Part shown: one piece after another, positions 50,686 to 61,420 of the stretch | How positions within the stretch are numbered: the first letter of the stretch is position 1 | Layout of the letters: each line of letters opens with the position of its first letter | Origin: Squalus acanthias | Taxonomy: Eukaryota | Assembly: GCA_030390025.1 (NCBI GenBank) | Contig: CM059432.1 | Coordinates: forward strand, 11,346,001 to 11,410,000 | Length of the DNA stretch: 64,000 nucleotides | Direction: 5' to 3' | Position numbers and translations under genes: made by a program | The notes under the pieces: model-generated | Seen by the model: the letters and a program-made list of their open reading frames with translations, nothing else | What the model was told of the DNA's origin: nothing | Database searches by the model: none

Positions 50686-51403
50686 TGCTCAGTGTTTCCC
50701 AGTGCCCAGAGTTTCATGTACCAGTGCACCCTCTTTTTTTGTTGTTGTTCTGAGGCACGGAATCAGTTCTTTGAAAGCTGCCAAAGAAATTAAGAATTCT
50801 TAAAAGTCATTCATCTCTGGATTATAGAGTCCAAACAAACTTTGAACGTGTGAAGCGCCTTGGGACGTTTTTCTACGTTAAAGGTGCTATATAAATACAA
50901 GTTGTTGTTGACTAAAACGTAAGGACATAAATGATGTTGGCATCCTATATAATTCTGTTACCCCCCAATGCCACATCAGAGTGAAGCTGTGAACCTATAG
51001 GGTTACGTGATCGGTAACAGAAAAAGCTTAGTCTGGTCCGCTGGTGCAAATTTCAGAGGGATTCTGATTGGACGTCCTCCAAATGACCTGAGTGTCCGGT
51101 TGTAAGTTAGAAAACTATCTTTTAAAAAAAATTTGTCCTCTCCCAGATTGTTCCTGCCAGTAACCTTCTGGCATTCCACTGCACTCCTTCATCTGAGACA
51201 CAGATGGTTCTAGACCAGGGACTCGTACACAACCATGTAATGCAATTTTAGTGAAACAATGAAAGGCACAACAGGTGAAATAAAGTACATCTTTTTGCTG
51301 ATTTATAAAATTCCCTTCCTCATTCTACTGGCAAAAAACACTCTGGCAAAACTTGCCCATAGAAGGTAGTTTCAATGCTTGTCGAGGTTGGGATTCTGAC
51401 TCT

Positions 51404-53398
51404 TGAGGGGCAATTTTAACACGACCCGCCCGGTGGAAACCTGGCGGAGAGCAGATAAAATCGACCGGAGAGCATTTAAAATCGACCGAGTTAAGGTCCT
51501 GCCTGGATCCATTCGTCTTCAATTTTAAGGCATGTTTTGTTTACTTTCCTTATGGGCCCAGGATTAGCAGGAAAGCACTTCCGGGCCCCACAACAAAAGT
51601 TTAGGCATCTTCTGCCCTGGGCTCTCCCCTTCCCTCCCGCAAAACCCTTCCAAAACCCACTCCCGTGACTTTTTTTAAATTCGTTTTTATGGGATGTGGG
51701 CGTCGCTGGCAAGGCCAGCATTTCTTGCCCATCCCTAATTGCCCTTGAGAAGGTGGCGGTGAGCCACCTTCTTGAACCGCTGCAGTCCATGTGGTGAAGG
51801 TACTCCCACAGTGACGTTAGGGAGGGAGTTCCAGGATTTTGACCCAGCGACGATGAAGGATCGGCCGATATACTTCTACGTCAGGATGGTGTGTGACTTG
51901 GAGGGGATCTTGGAGGTGGTGGTGTTCCCATGCGCCCGCTGCCCTTGTCCTTCTAGGTGGAAGAGGTCGCGGGTTTGGAAGGTGCTGCCGAAGAAGCCTT
52001 GGCAAGTTGCTGCAGTGCATCTTGCAGATGATACACATTGCAGCCACGGTGCGCCGGTGGTGGAGGGAGTGAATGTTTAAGGTGGTGGATGGGGTGCCAA
52101 TCAAGCGGGCTGCTTTGTCCTGGATGGTGTTGAGCTTCTTGAGTGTTTTTGGAGCGACACTCATCTAGGCAAGTGGAGAGTATTCCATCACACTCCTTAC
52201 TTGTGCCTTGTAGATGGTGGAAAGACTTTGGGGAGTCAGGAGGTGAGACACTCGCCGCAGAATACCTAGCCTCTGACCTGCTCTTGTTGCCACAGTATTT
52301 ATGTGGCTGGTCCAGTTAAGTTTCTGGTCAATGGTGACCCCCCAGGATGTTGATGGTGGGGGATTCGCCGATGGTAATGCCGTTGAATGTCATGGGACGG
52401 TGGTTAGACTCTCGCTTGTTGGAGATAGTCATTGCCTTGCACTTGTGTGATGCGAATGTTACCTGCCACTTATCAGCCCAAGCCTGAACATCGTCCAGGT
52501 CTTGTTGCATGCAGGTATGGACTGCTTCATTATCTGAGGAGTTGCGAATGGCACTGAACACTGCAGTCATCAGCGAACATCCCCACTTCTGACCTTATGT
52601 TGGCGGGAAGGTCATTGATGAAGCAGCTGAAGAGGGTTGGGCCTAGGACACTGCCCTGAGGAGCTCCTGCAGCGATGATCTGGGGCTGTGATGATTGACC
52701 TCCAACCACCACAACCATCTTCCTTTGTGCTACGTATGACTCCAGCCAATGGAGCCTTTGCTGTTTCCAGTGTGCTCAGCCGTTTCTTGATATCACGTGG
52801 AGTGAATCGAATTGGCTGAATACTGGCTTCTGTGATGGTGGGGACCTCAGGAGGAGGCCGATATGGATCATCCACTTGGCACTTGTCTTTTGCACTTGTG
52901 TGCTGGGCTCCACCATCATTGAGGATGGGGATATTCATGGAGCCTCTTCCTCCCGTTAGTTGTTTAATGGTCCACCACCATTCACAACTGGATGTGGCAG
53001 GACTGCAGAGCTTTGATCTGATCTGTTGATTGTGGGATCGCTTAGCCCTGTCTATAGCATGCTGCTTCCGCTTTTTAGCGTGCATGTAGTCCTGTGTTGC
53101 AGCTTCCCCAGATTGGCACCTTATTTTTAGGTACGCCTGGTGCTGCTCCTGGCAAGTTCTTCTGCACTCCTTATTGCTTGCCAGCGAGCCTCCCTTTGGT
53201 GCTGGCTGGCGGCCTCCTGCTGCCTGAACTTTTGCTCCTGCCTGCTGACCAGCTGTCGCTTCCTACCCATTTTGGCGTGCTGCTGACCAGCAGCATGCAG
53301 ATGAGTCCCAGGAGTTAAAATCGCCTGGACCTCGGGGATGGTTTTCACTTACCTCGCCCCTCTCGCCCGAATCCCACTCCAAATTAAAATCGGGGCTC
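51404..53398. mobile_element. Possible GC-rich MITE-like element split by a LINE-B insertion
   Basis: Ends GAGGGGCAATTTTAA and TTAAAATCGGGGCTC are imperfect inverted repeats. CpG-rich flanks at 51404-51669 and ~53175-53398. Confidence 0.35.
51670..53170 (-). mobile_element. LINE family B, longer degenerate copy including RT
   Basis: AGAPQGSVLGPTLFSCFINDLP..GMFADDC (52530-52718), QQDLDDVQAWADKWQVTF, and the shared C-terminus. Confidence 0.9.
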
Positions 53399-53778
53399 TG
53401 TTGTCTAAATGGGAGTCAAGTGGTTTACAGCTAAAGCCACTAAACGTGCAACACTGGATTATATATTTACAGCTGTGGCTCAGTGGGTGGCACTCTTGCC
53501 TCTGAGTCAGAAGGTTGTGGGTTCAAGTCCCTCTCCAGAGATTTGAGCACATAATCTAGGCTGACACTCCAGTCCAGTGCAGTGCTGAGGGAGTGCTGCG
53601 GTGTCAGAGGTGCCGTCTTTCGGATGAGACCTTAAACCGAGGCCCCGTCTGCTCTCTCAGGTGGACGTAAATGATCCCATGGCACTATTTCGAAGCGGAG
53701 ATGCCGGTGTTGGACTGGGGTGGACAAAATTGAGAGGTCGCACAACACCAGGTTATAGTCCAACAGTTTTATTTTAAA

Positions 53779-53816
53779 TCACAAGCTTTCGGAGTTACAA
53801 CTCCTTCGTCGGGTGA
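53779..53816 (-). ncRNA. Minimal hammerhead ribozyme motif (left Penelope arm)
   Basis: Minus strand: TCAC-CCGACGA-A-GGAGTT-GT-AACTCC-GAAA-GC-TT-GTGA (stem I, CUGANGA variant, stem II, GAAA, palindromic AAGCTT). Confidence 0.65.
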
Positions 53817-54769
53817 AGTGAGGAGATACAGAATCGTCAAAGCATATATAGATCGAGAACAATGCATGTGTAACTTACAATTGCAGACAACTGAATTCAG
53901 TCATCCTGACTGTTTAGCTGCCGAGGTGTGATAAAGTTAATCAGGTCAGCCAGGAAGGTACCACATCAAAGACATAGCAAGATGCAACTGAGACAATGAG
54001 GTGGAATCGCATGGGGTCTAACGTGTCAAAAGCTGCCGTCTGTATGTAAAACGATTAACTTTAAAATTTTTACTTTTTTACTGGGAATCACATCTGTGAA
54101 CAAGCCAACAACGACTCGAGTCCGGCTCACGTCATGTATCGTGACATAAACCCAAGATCCCGATTGAGACCGTCTTCATGAGTGCGGAACTTGGCTATCA
54201 GTTTCTGCTCGATGATTTTGCGTTGTCGTGTTTTCCTAAGGCCGCCTTGGAGAACGCTTACCCGCAGATCCGAGGCTGAATGTCCTTGACTGCTGAAGTG
54301 TTCCCCGACTGGGAGGTAACAATCCTGCCTGGCGATTGTTGCGCGGTGCTCGTTCATACGTTGTCTCAGTGTCTGCATGGTCTCGCCGATGTACCATGCC
54401 GCGGTGCATTCTTTCCTGCAACGTATGAGGTAGACAACGTTGGCCGAGTCACATGAGTATGTACCATGTACCTGGTGGGTAGTGTCCTCACGTGTGATGA
54501 TGGTATCTGTGTTGATGATCTGGCATGTCTTGCAGAGTTTGCCGTGGCAGGGTTGTGTGGTGTCGTGGTCGCTGTTATCCTGAAAGCTGGGTAATTTGCT
54601 GCGAACGATGGTACTTCTGAGGTTAGGCGGCTGTTTGAAGGCAAGTAGTGGAGGCGTGGGGATGGCCTTAGCGAGGTGTTTGTCGTCATCGATGACATGT
54701 TGAAGGCTGCGAAGAACATGGCGTAGTTTCTCCGCTCCGGGGAAGTACTGGACGACGTAGGGTACCCTG

Positions 54770-55726
54770 TTGGTTGTGTCCCGTGTTTGCCTTCTGAGGA
54801 GGTCTATGCGATTTTTCGCTGTGGCCCGTCGGAACTGTCGATCGATGAGTCGAGCGTCATATCCCGTTCTTACGAGGGCGTTTTTCAGCGTCCCCTATGG
54901 ACAAGCCCTGCGAATACACAGGATCTGCTCAGACGAGGAGGAACGCGATGGACACCTACGGACGCTGAAAAACGCCCTCGTAAGAACGGGATATGACGCT
55001 CGACTCATCGATCGACAGTTCCGACGGGCCACAGCGAAAAATCGCATAGACCTCCTCAGAAGGCAAACACGGGACACAACCAACAGGGTACCCTACGTCG
55101 TCCAGTACTTCCCCGGAGCGGAGAAACTACGCCATGTTCTTCGCAGCCTTCAACATGTCATCGATGACGACAAACACCTCGCTAAGGCCATCCCCACGCC
55201 TCCACTACTTGCCTTCAAACAGCCGCCTAACCTCAGAAGTACCATCGTTCGCAGCAAATTACCCAGCTTTCAGGATAACAGCGACCACGACACCACACAA
55301 CCCTGCCACGGCAAACTCTGCAAGACATGCCAGATCATCAACACAGATACCATCATCACACGTGAGGACACTACCCACCAGGTACATGGTACATACTCAT
55401 GTGACTCGGCCAACATTGTCTACCTCATACGTTGCAGGAAAGAATGCACCGCGGCATGGTACATCGGCGAGACCATGCAGACACTGAGACAACGTATGAA
55501 CGAGCACCGCGCAACAATCGCCAGGCAGGATTGTTACCTCCCAGTCGGGGAACACTTCAGCAGTCAAGGACATTCAGCCTCGGATCTGCGGGTAAGCGTT
55601 CTCCAAGGCGGCCTTAGGAAAACACGACAACGCAAAATCATCGAGCAGAAACTGATAGCCAAGTTCCGCACTCATGAAGACGGTCTCAATCGGGATCTTG
55701 GGTTTATGTCACGATACATGACGTGA
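54770..55726 (+). CDS. Penelope ORF remnant: post-RT region plus GIY-YIG endonuclease; element-derived part starts ~54891
   Basis: PYGQALRIHRICS..; C-x2-3-C motifs; NIVYLIRC..WYIGETMQTLRQRMNEH..EQKLI..DGLNRD. No stops. The first ~40 codons are antisense of the left arm and the start codon is TTG, so translation is doubtful. Confidence 0.8.
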   Translation: MVVSRVCLLRRSMRFFAVARRNCRSMSRASYPVLTRAFFSVPYGQALRIHRICSDEEERDGHLRTLKNALVRTGYDARLIDRQFRRATAKNRIDLLRRQTRDTTNRVPYVVQYFPGAEKLRHVLRSLQHVIDDDKHLAKAIPTPPLLAFKQPPNLRSTIVRSKLPSFQDNSDHDTTQPCHGKLCKTCQIINTDTIITREDTTHQVHGTYSCDSANIVYLIRCRKECTAAWYIGETMQTLRQRMNEHRATIARQDCYLPVGEHFSSQGHSASDLRVSVLQGGLRKTRQRKIIEQKLIAKFRTHEDGLNRDLGFMSRYMT

Positions 55727-56038
55727 TCCGGACTCGAGTCGTCGTTGGCTTGTTCACAGATGTGATTCCCAGTAAAAAAGTAAAAATTTTAAAGTTAATC
55801 ATTTTACATACAGACGGCAGCTTTTGACACGTTAGACCCCATGCGATTCCACCTCATTGTCGCAGTTGCATCTTGCTATGTCTTTGATGTGGTACCTTCC
55901 TGGCTGACCTGATTGTTTATCTGCCGAGGTGTGATAAAGTTAGTCAGGATGATTGAATTCAGTTGTCTGCAATTGTAAGTTACACATGCATTGTTTTCGA
56001 TCTATATATGCTTTGACGATTCTGTATCTCCTCACTTC

Positions 56039-56075
56039 CACCCGACGAAGGAGTTGTAACTCCGAAAGCTTGTGA
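56039..56075 (+). ncRNA. Minimal hammerhead ribozyme motif (right Penelope arm)
   Basis: CAC-CCGACGA-A-GGAGTT-GT-AACTCC-GAAA-GC-TT-GTG, followed by AATAAA at 56081-56086. Confidence 0.65.
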
Positions 56076-57017
56076 TTTAAAATAAAACTGTTGGACTATA
56101 ACCTGGTGTTGTGCGACCTCTCAACTATTTCGAAGAGCAGGGGAGTTATCCCCGGTACAACACAAGAGCAGGGGAGTTATCCCTGGTATCCTGGCCAATA
56201 TTTATCCCTCAATCAACATAACAAAAACAGATTATCTGGTCATTATCACATTGCTGTTTGTGGGAGCTTGCTGTGCGCAAATTGGCTGCCGTGTTTCCTG
56301 CATTACAACAGTGACTACACTCCCAAACTACTTCATAGGCTGTAAAGCGCTTTGAGATGTCCGGTGGTCGTGAAAGGCGCTATATAAATGCAAGTCTTTA
56401 TTTTTTTTTTAGCTGTGGTATTTAATCCGTGGCTGATATATGTCAGCAGATTTTTAAATTTGTTTCCAAAATGCAAAATAATATTCTTATAAATTACATA
56501 ACAATGTTATTCTATAAATATCAAAATTGCCTTTCAGACTTCAATAAGTGTAGTTGTGGTGCTACATTTCAATGTTATGATTGCTTTCATTTTATTGAAA
56601 CAATAATATGATACTAAGAATAATGGATGGTAGAGAATAATTAACGTAATTTAATCATAAATTCCATTATCATCAACCACAAATGCAAAGATGGAATGGT
56701 TTATGTTGCAATCTGAACCTCTTAATTAAATTATTCAGCCTTATTTCTCACTTCCAAATATTTGTAGTTCTACATATTCTGTGAGATGCCTCTGAAAGCA
56801 TTTTACAGTTTCATTAGTATTGCATTATGCTACAAAGTACTAAAGACACAACACAACGCATGATTCTCCACACAGCGAATGCTCAACTTTACCGTGTAAT
56901 ATTAATGAGCAGTAACTGGGTGCTTCTCACAGGAGGTAAATAAAAGGCCAGCCCACTCCTGGCTCCTTCGTCTATCTCTTTTGTCATGTATTCAGTGTGG
57001 CATTGACAGGAGTGTGC

Positions 57018-58532
57018 GTCAGCCATGGCTCAGAAGGTTGTGGGTTCAAGTCCCACTCCAGAGACTTGAGAACAAAAACCTAGGCTGACACTCCAGTGCA
57101 GTGCTGAGGGAGTGCTGCACTGTCGGAGGTGCCGCCTTTCGGATGAGATGTTAAACCGAGGCCCCGTCTGCTCTTTCAGGAGGACGTAAAATTACACTGG
57201 CTGGTGTCTTACCTAGCACAAAGGAAGATGGTTGTGGTGGTTGAAGGTCAATCATCACAGCCCCCGGACATCGCTGCAGGAGTTCCTCAGGGCAGTGTCC
57301 TAGGCCCAACCATCTTCAGCTGCTTCATCAATGACCTTCCCTCCAACTTAAATCGGAAATGGGGATTTTCGCTGATGACTGCACAGTGTTCAGCGCCATT
57401 CACAACTCCTCAGACAATGAAGCAGTCCATGCCCACATGCAACAAGACCTGGACGACGTTCTGGCTTGGGCTGATAAGTGGCAGATAGCATTCGCGCCAC
57501 ACAAGTACCAGGCAATGACTGTCTCCAACAAGTAGAGTCTAACCACCGCCCCTTGACATTCAACAGCATTACCATCGCCGAATCCCCCACCATCAACATC
57601 CTGGGGGGTCACCATTGACCAGAAACTTAACTGGACCAGCCATATAAATACTGTGGCAAAAGAGCAGGTCAGAGGCTTAGGGTATTCTGCACGGAGTGTC
57701 TCACCTCCTGACTCCCCAAAGCCTTTCCACCATCTACAAGGCACAAGTAAGGAGTGTGATGGAATACTCTCCACTTGCCTGGATGAGTGCAGCTCCAACA
57801 ACACTCAAGAAGCTCGGCACCATCCAGGACAAAGCAGCCCGCTTGATTGGCACCCCATCTACCACCTTAAACATTCACTCCCTGTACCGTGGCTGCAGTG
57901 TGTGTACCATCTACAAGATGCACTGCAGCAACTCGCCAAGGCTTCTAAGCCAGCACCTCCCAAACCCGCGATCTCTTCCACCTAGAAGGACAAGGGCAAC
58001 AGGTGCATGGGAACACCACCACTTCCAAGGTCCCCTCCAAGTCACACATCATCCTGACTTGGAAATATATCGCCGATCCTTCATCGTCGCTGGGTCAAAA
58101 TCTTGGCACTCCCTACCTAAAGCACTGTGGGAGTACCTTCACCCCATGGACTGCAGCGGTTCAAGAAGGCGGTTCACCACCACCTTCTCAAGGACAATTA
58201 GGGATGGACAATAAATGTTGGCTTTTCCAGCGACGCCCACATTCGATAAACAAATTAAAACAAAAAATCCCATGGCATGATTTTGAAGAAGAGCAGGAGA
58301 GTTATGCACGGTGTCCTGGCCAATATTTATCCCTCAATCAACACCACTTAAAAAAACCTAGATTATATGGTCATTATCACATTACTGTCTGTGGGAGCTT
58401 GCTGTGCGCAAATTGGCTGCCGCGTTTTGTACATTACAATAGTGGCTACGCGCCAAAAGTACTTCATTGGCTGTAAAGCGCTTTGGGATGTCCTGAGGTC
58501 ATGAAAGGCGCTATATAAATGCAAGTCTTTTT
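57018..58532 (+). mobile_element. SacSINE1-like SINE (57018-57191 + 58268-58532) split by LINE family B
   Basis: Head ends GGACGTAAAA and body resumes TCCCATGGCA; the tail is intact. Confidence 0.85.
57192..58267 (+). mobile_element. LINE family B, 5'-truncated (RT to 3' end)
   Basis: AGVPQGSVLGPTIFSCFINDLP (57204-57488), MEYSPLAWMSAAP (57696-58214), A-rich tail. Confidence 0.9.
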
Positions 58533-59051
58533 TTAAGAAAATGTTTCTTTCCTGACACCTCAGTTGAGAGATCTATAGCATGCAAAAGATACGTAAGATA
58601 TGAAAAGTTGTGCACAGTCTATGCACAATTTCAAATCTAACAAATTAGTGAACTGAACTTTAAAAAAAAACTCAGAATTATATTTTTTAATTAAATTTTT
58701 TTTCTGGTTTCCTGCCTCCCCTCACCTGAAGGTCTGCTATTGCTGGAATAGTTTCATGAATGCTGGCAATCCGGCACTACCTCACCCACATGGTCATCAC
58801 TGGGTTATGTGACTATGCAGGGCATTGCAGGTGAGCCGCCCAATGTCCATAACTACACACTTTCCAGCATAGGTCATCGGGTAACAATCAGGAGCAGAAA
58901 CCTGGCTGATTTCATCTAGTCTCTCCCCTTCCAGCCTAGGAGCACTTGGGCCAATTGCAACATCCCAACTGTTGCACCAGCTCAGATTAACTGAAACTGT
59001 TGCCTGCTGGTCAATCTAACTTAATACCACATTAGCAGGTGCATTTACATA

Positions 59052-59537
59052 GTAATCATAGAAAGTTACAGCACGGAAGGAGGCCATTTCGGCCCATTGT
59101 GTCCGCGCCGGCCAACAAAGAGCTATCCAGACTAATCCCACTTCCCAGCTCTTGGTCCGTAGCCCTGCAGGTTAGAGCATCCCAAGTGCACATCCAAGTA
59201 CTTTTTAAATGTGGTTCGGGTTCCTGCTTCTACCACCCTCTCAGGCAGTGAGTTCCAGACCCCCACAACCCTCTGGGTGAAGAAATTTCCCCTCAAATCC
59301 CCTCTAAACCTTCCACCAATTACTTTAAATCTGTGCTCCTTGGTTTTTGACCTCTCTGCTAAGGGAACTAGGTCCTCTGTATCCACTTTATCTATGCCCC
59401 TCATAAATTTATACACCTCAATAAGGTCTCCCCTCAGCATCCTCTGTTCCAAGGAAAACAGACCCAGCCTATCCAGTCTTCCCTCATAGCTAAGATTGTC
59501 TACTCCCGGCAGCATCCTTGTAAATCTCCTCTGCATC
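59052..59537 (-). mobile_element. CR1 3' fragment
   Basis: ORF 59132-59536 QRRFTRMLPG..LGLFSLEQRMLRGDLIEVYK..FFTQRVVGVWNSLP. Confidence 0.9.
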
Positions 59538-60189
59538 AGTGCAACTGAAAGTAGGATTACTTAATTACATAGTAAATATTTATAAGGGTACATTAGTGTA
59601 GTGGTTCTGTTACTGGACTAGTACAGTCCCCACTACTTATCACAAGCAGCCGTATAGGTCGGACAAATAGCGCTAACCATTTGTCAGTACCATTGGAGTC
59701 GATTACAAAGGCACTGTTTATAACATGTTAAGCCTGCCGGCTAGTCCAGTAATTCACTAAATTCTTCGCACCTCGTTATATCTGTATTTAAATCCCTCCT
59801 TGGATCATTCTGTATCTGTTTTGAACCCATGATCTCTCTCATTAACAATCACCCATTCTGAACTAGAATCCTACCCATGGCTCAGTTACCGGTAAACTGT
59901 TGCAGAGATTTAAGAAATCCTGTCCCTCCTGCATTTTACCAGCTCACGATTCTTCAGTCGATAATTTGAAACATTGGAAAACCCTTGGTTTAAATCCTGG
60001 AAAAAATAACATCTGTTCATCCCTTTCCACGTTATATTCTGCTAGCAATCACCACGAGGACAGAATTGGAATCCAGTCAGCCATTTGTTTCCTTCTCTGT
60101 TCCCGTTCTCTCTCGGTGTCGCTAAAAGACGAAACACCGTCCAATGCTTATAGCGGGCTAATCGCATTAAGACCAATGCACCCGCTATA

Positions 60190-60530
60190 ACTGGTGGGGA
60201 CTGTAACTCAGAATGTGAGTTGAAATTCTACTATGGCAGTTTGAGGATTTGAATTCAGAATTTTTTTTAAAATCTGAAAATAAAGAAAGGTGGTATCTGT
60301 AAAAGTGACCATGCGGCTGTCTGATTGTTGCAAAAACCCAACTGGTTCACTAATGTCCTTTCGGGAAGGAAACCTGCTGTCCTTACCCAATCTAGCCTAT
60401 ATGTGACTTTAGTTGCACACCAATGTGGTTGATTCTTAACTGCCCACTGAAGTGACCTAGCAAACCACTCGGTGTAATCAACAACTGCTACGTGTAGCAG
60501 TTCAGGAAGAAGGCCCACCACCACCACCTC
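60190..60530 (+). mobile_element. SINE family B (degraded)
   Basis: CTGGTTCACTAATGTCCTT..GGAAGGAAACCTGC..CAATGTGGTTGATTCTTAACTG is shared with 31320-31436. Confidence 0.65.
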
Positions 60531-61157
60531 AGATAGCATTGAAGGGGAGGTTTGATACTTACATGTGGTTAAAGGGATATGGGGCTGGGTGCAAAGAAGT
60601 AATTAGAGTAGGAGGAAGCTCCTGTGGAGTATAAACACTGGCGTAGACCAATTGGGCCAAAAGGTCTCTTTCTGTGCTATAGATTCTATGGAAATTTCCC
60701 CGATAAGCCGCTGAAAATGGTAACTAGTTAAACTGTGTTTGAGAGTCACTTATGGTACGCTGTTCTGATTTTATCAGTTACTGTAAAATTGTGTTTTTGC
60801 AGTGAAATATTCTAATTTTAAGCAGTGGGGTTGGTTCTTTACCACAAAAGTTTCACATTACAAATGAATAATAATTAACATGAATATTTATGAGAAAATA
60901 GACTTTGGCATACTGAGTGCAAATTTAAGATGAATATATTTTATTTATCACTGTACATGATTATAAAGTACAGTTCTTAATTTTTTTAATAATATTGTGT
61001 CATCAACTTCTCCATCTAGGAGAACTCTAGAAACTACTTCTGTAAAAACATTAATTAGGAAATGGTTAAAGAGGTCCATAAGGGGTCTGTTAGGAAAGAG
61101 TAAGGTTCAGGTTTTTAATGGACATCATCTCCAATTCCTGTAGAGAAGCTGGACCGC

Positions 61158-61420
61158 TGGCCTCTTGAGCATCCCTGATTTTAATCATTCAACCATTGGC
61201 GGTCATGCCTTCAGCTGCCTCGGCCTTAAGCTCTGGAATTCTCTCCCGAAACCTCTCCGCCTCTCTACCTCTCTCCTCCTTTAAGACGCTCCTTAAAACC
61301 AAACTTTTCTCCTTATGTGGCTCAGTGTCAAATTTTGTTTGATAACACTCCTGTGAAGCGCCTTGGGACGTTTTACTACGATAAAGGCGCTATATAAATA
61401 CAAGTTGTTGTTGTTGTTGT
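61158..61420 (+). mobile_element. L2 LINE 3' fragment with a (GTT)n tail
   Basis: GCCTTCAGCTGCC..CTCTGGAATT..GTGAAGCGCCTTGGGACG..GGCGCTATATAAATACAA(GTT)n. Homologous to 19356-19722 and the tail at 50850-50910. Confidence 0.75.

Larger units (their letters stand above)
53696..56124. mobile_element. Penelope-like retroelement: two 5'-truncated copies in inverted orientation with a 12-bp TSD
   Basis: Arms 53730-54893 and 54960-56124 are near-perfect reverse complements with a 66-nt spacer. TSD ACTATTTCGAAG at 53684-53695 and 56124-56135. GIY-YIG coding sequence in both arms. Confidence 0.93.
53470..56400 (+). mobile_element. SacSINE1-like SINE (53470-53695 + 56124-56400), target of the Penelope insertion
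   Basis: The head with A/B boxes ends ..GGCACTATTTCGAAG and the body resumes ACTATTTCGAAGAGCAGGGGAG..; collinear with 47667-48128. Confidence 0.9.

Noticed and set aside
53696..56124. Interpretation as a DNA transposon with long TIRs or as an LTR element
   Set aside because: The arms themselves encode the PLE GIY-YIG region and 3' repeat; there is no transposase, gag or integrase.
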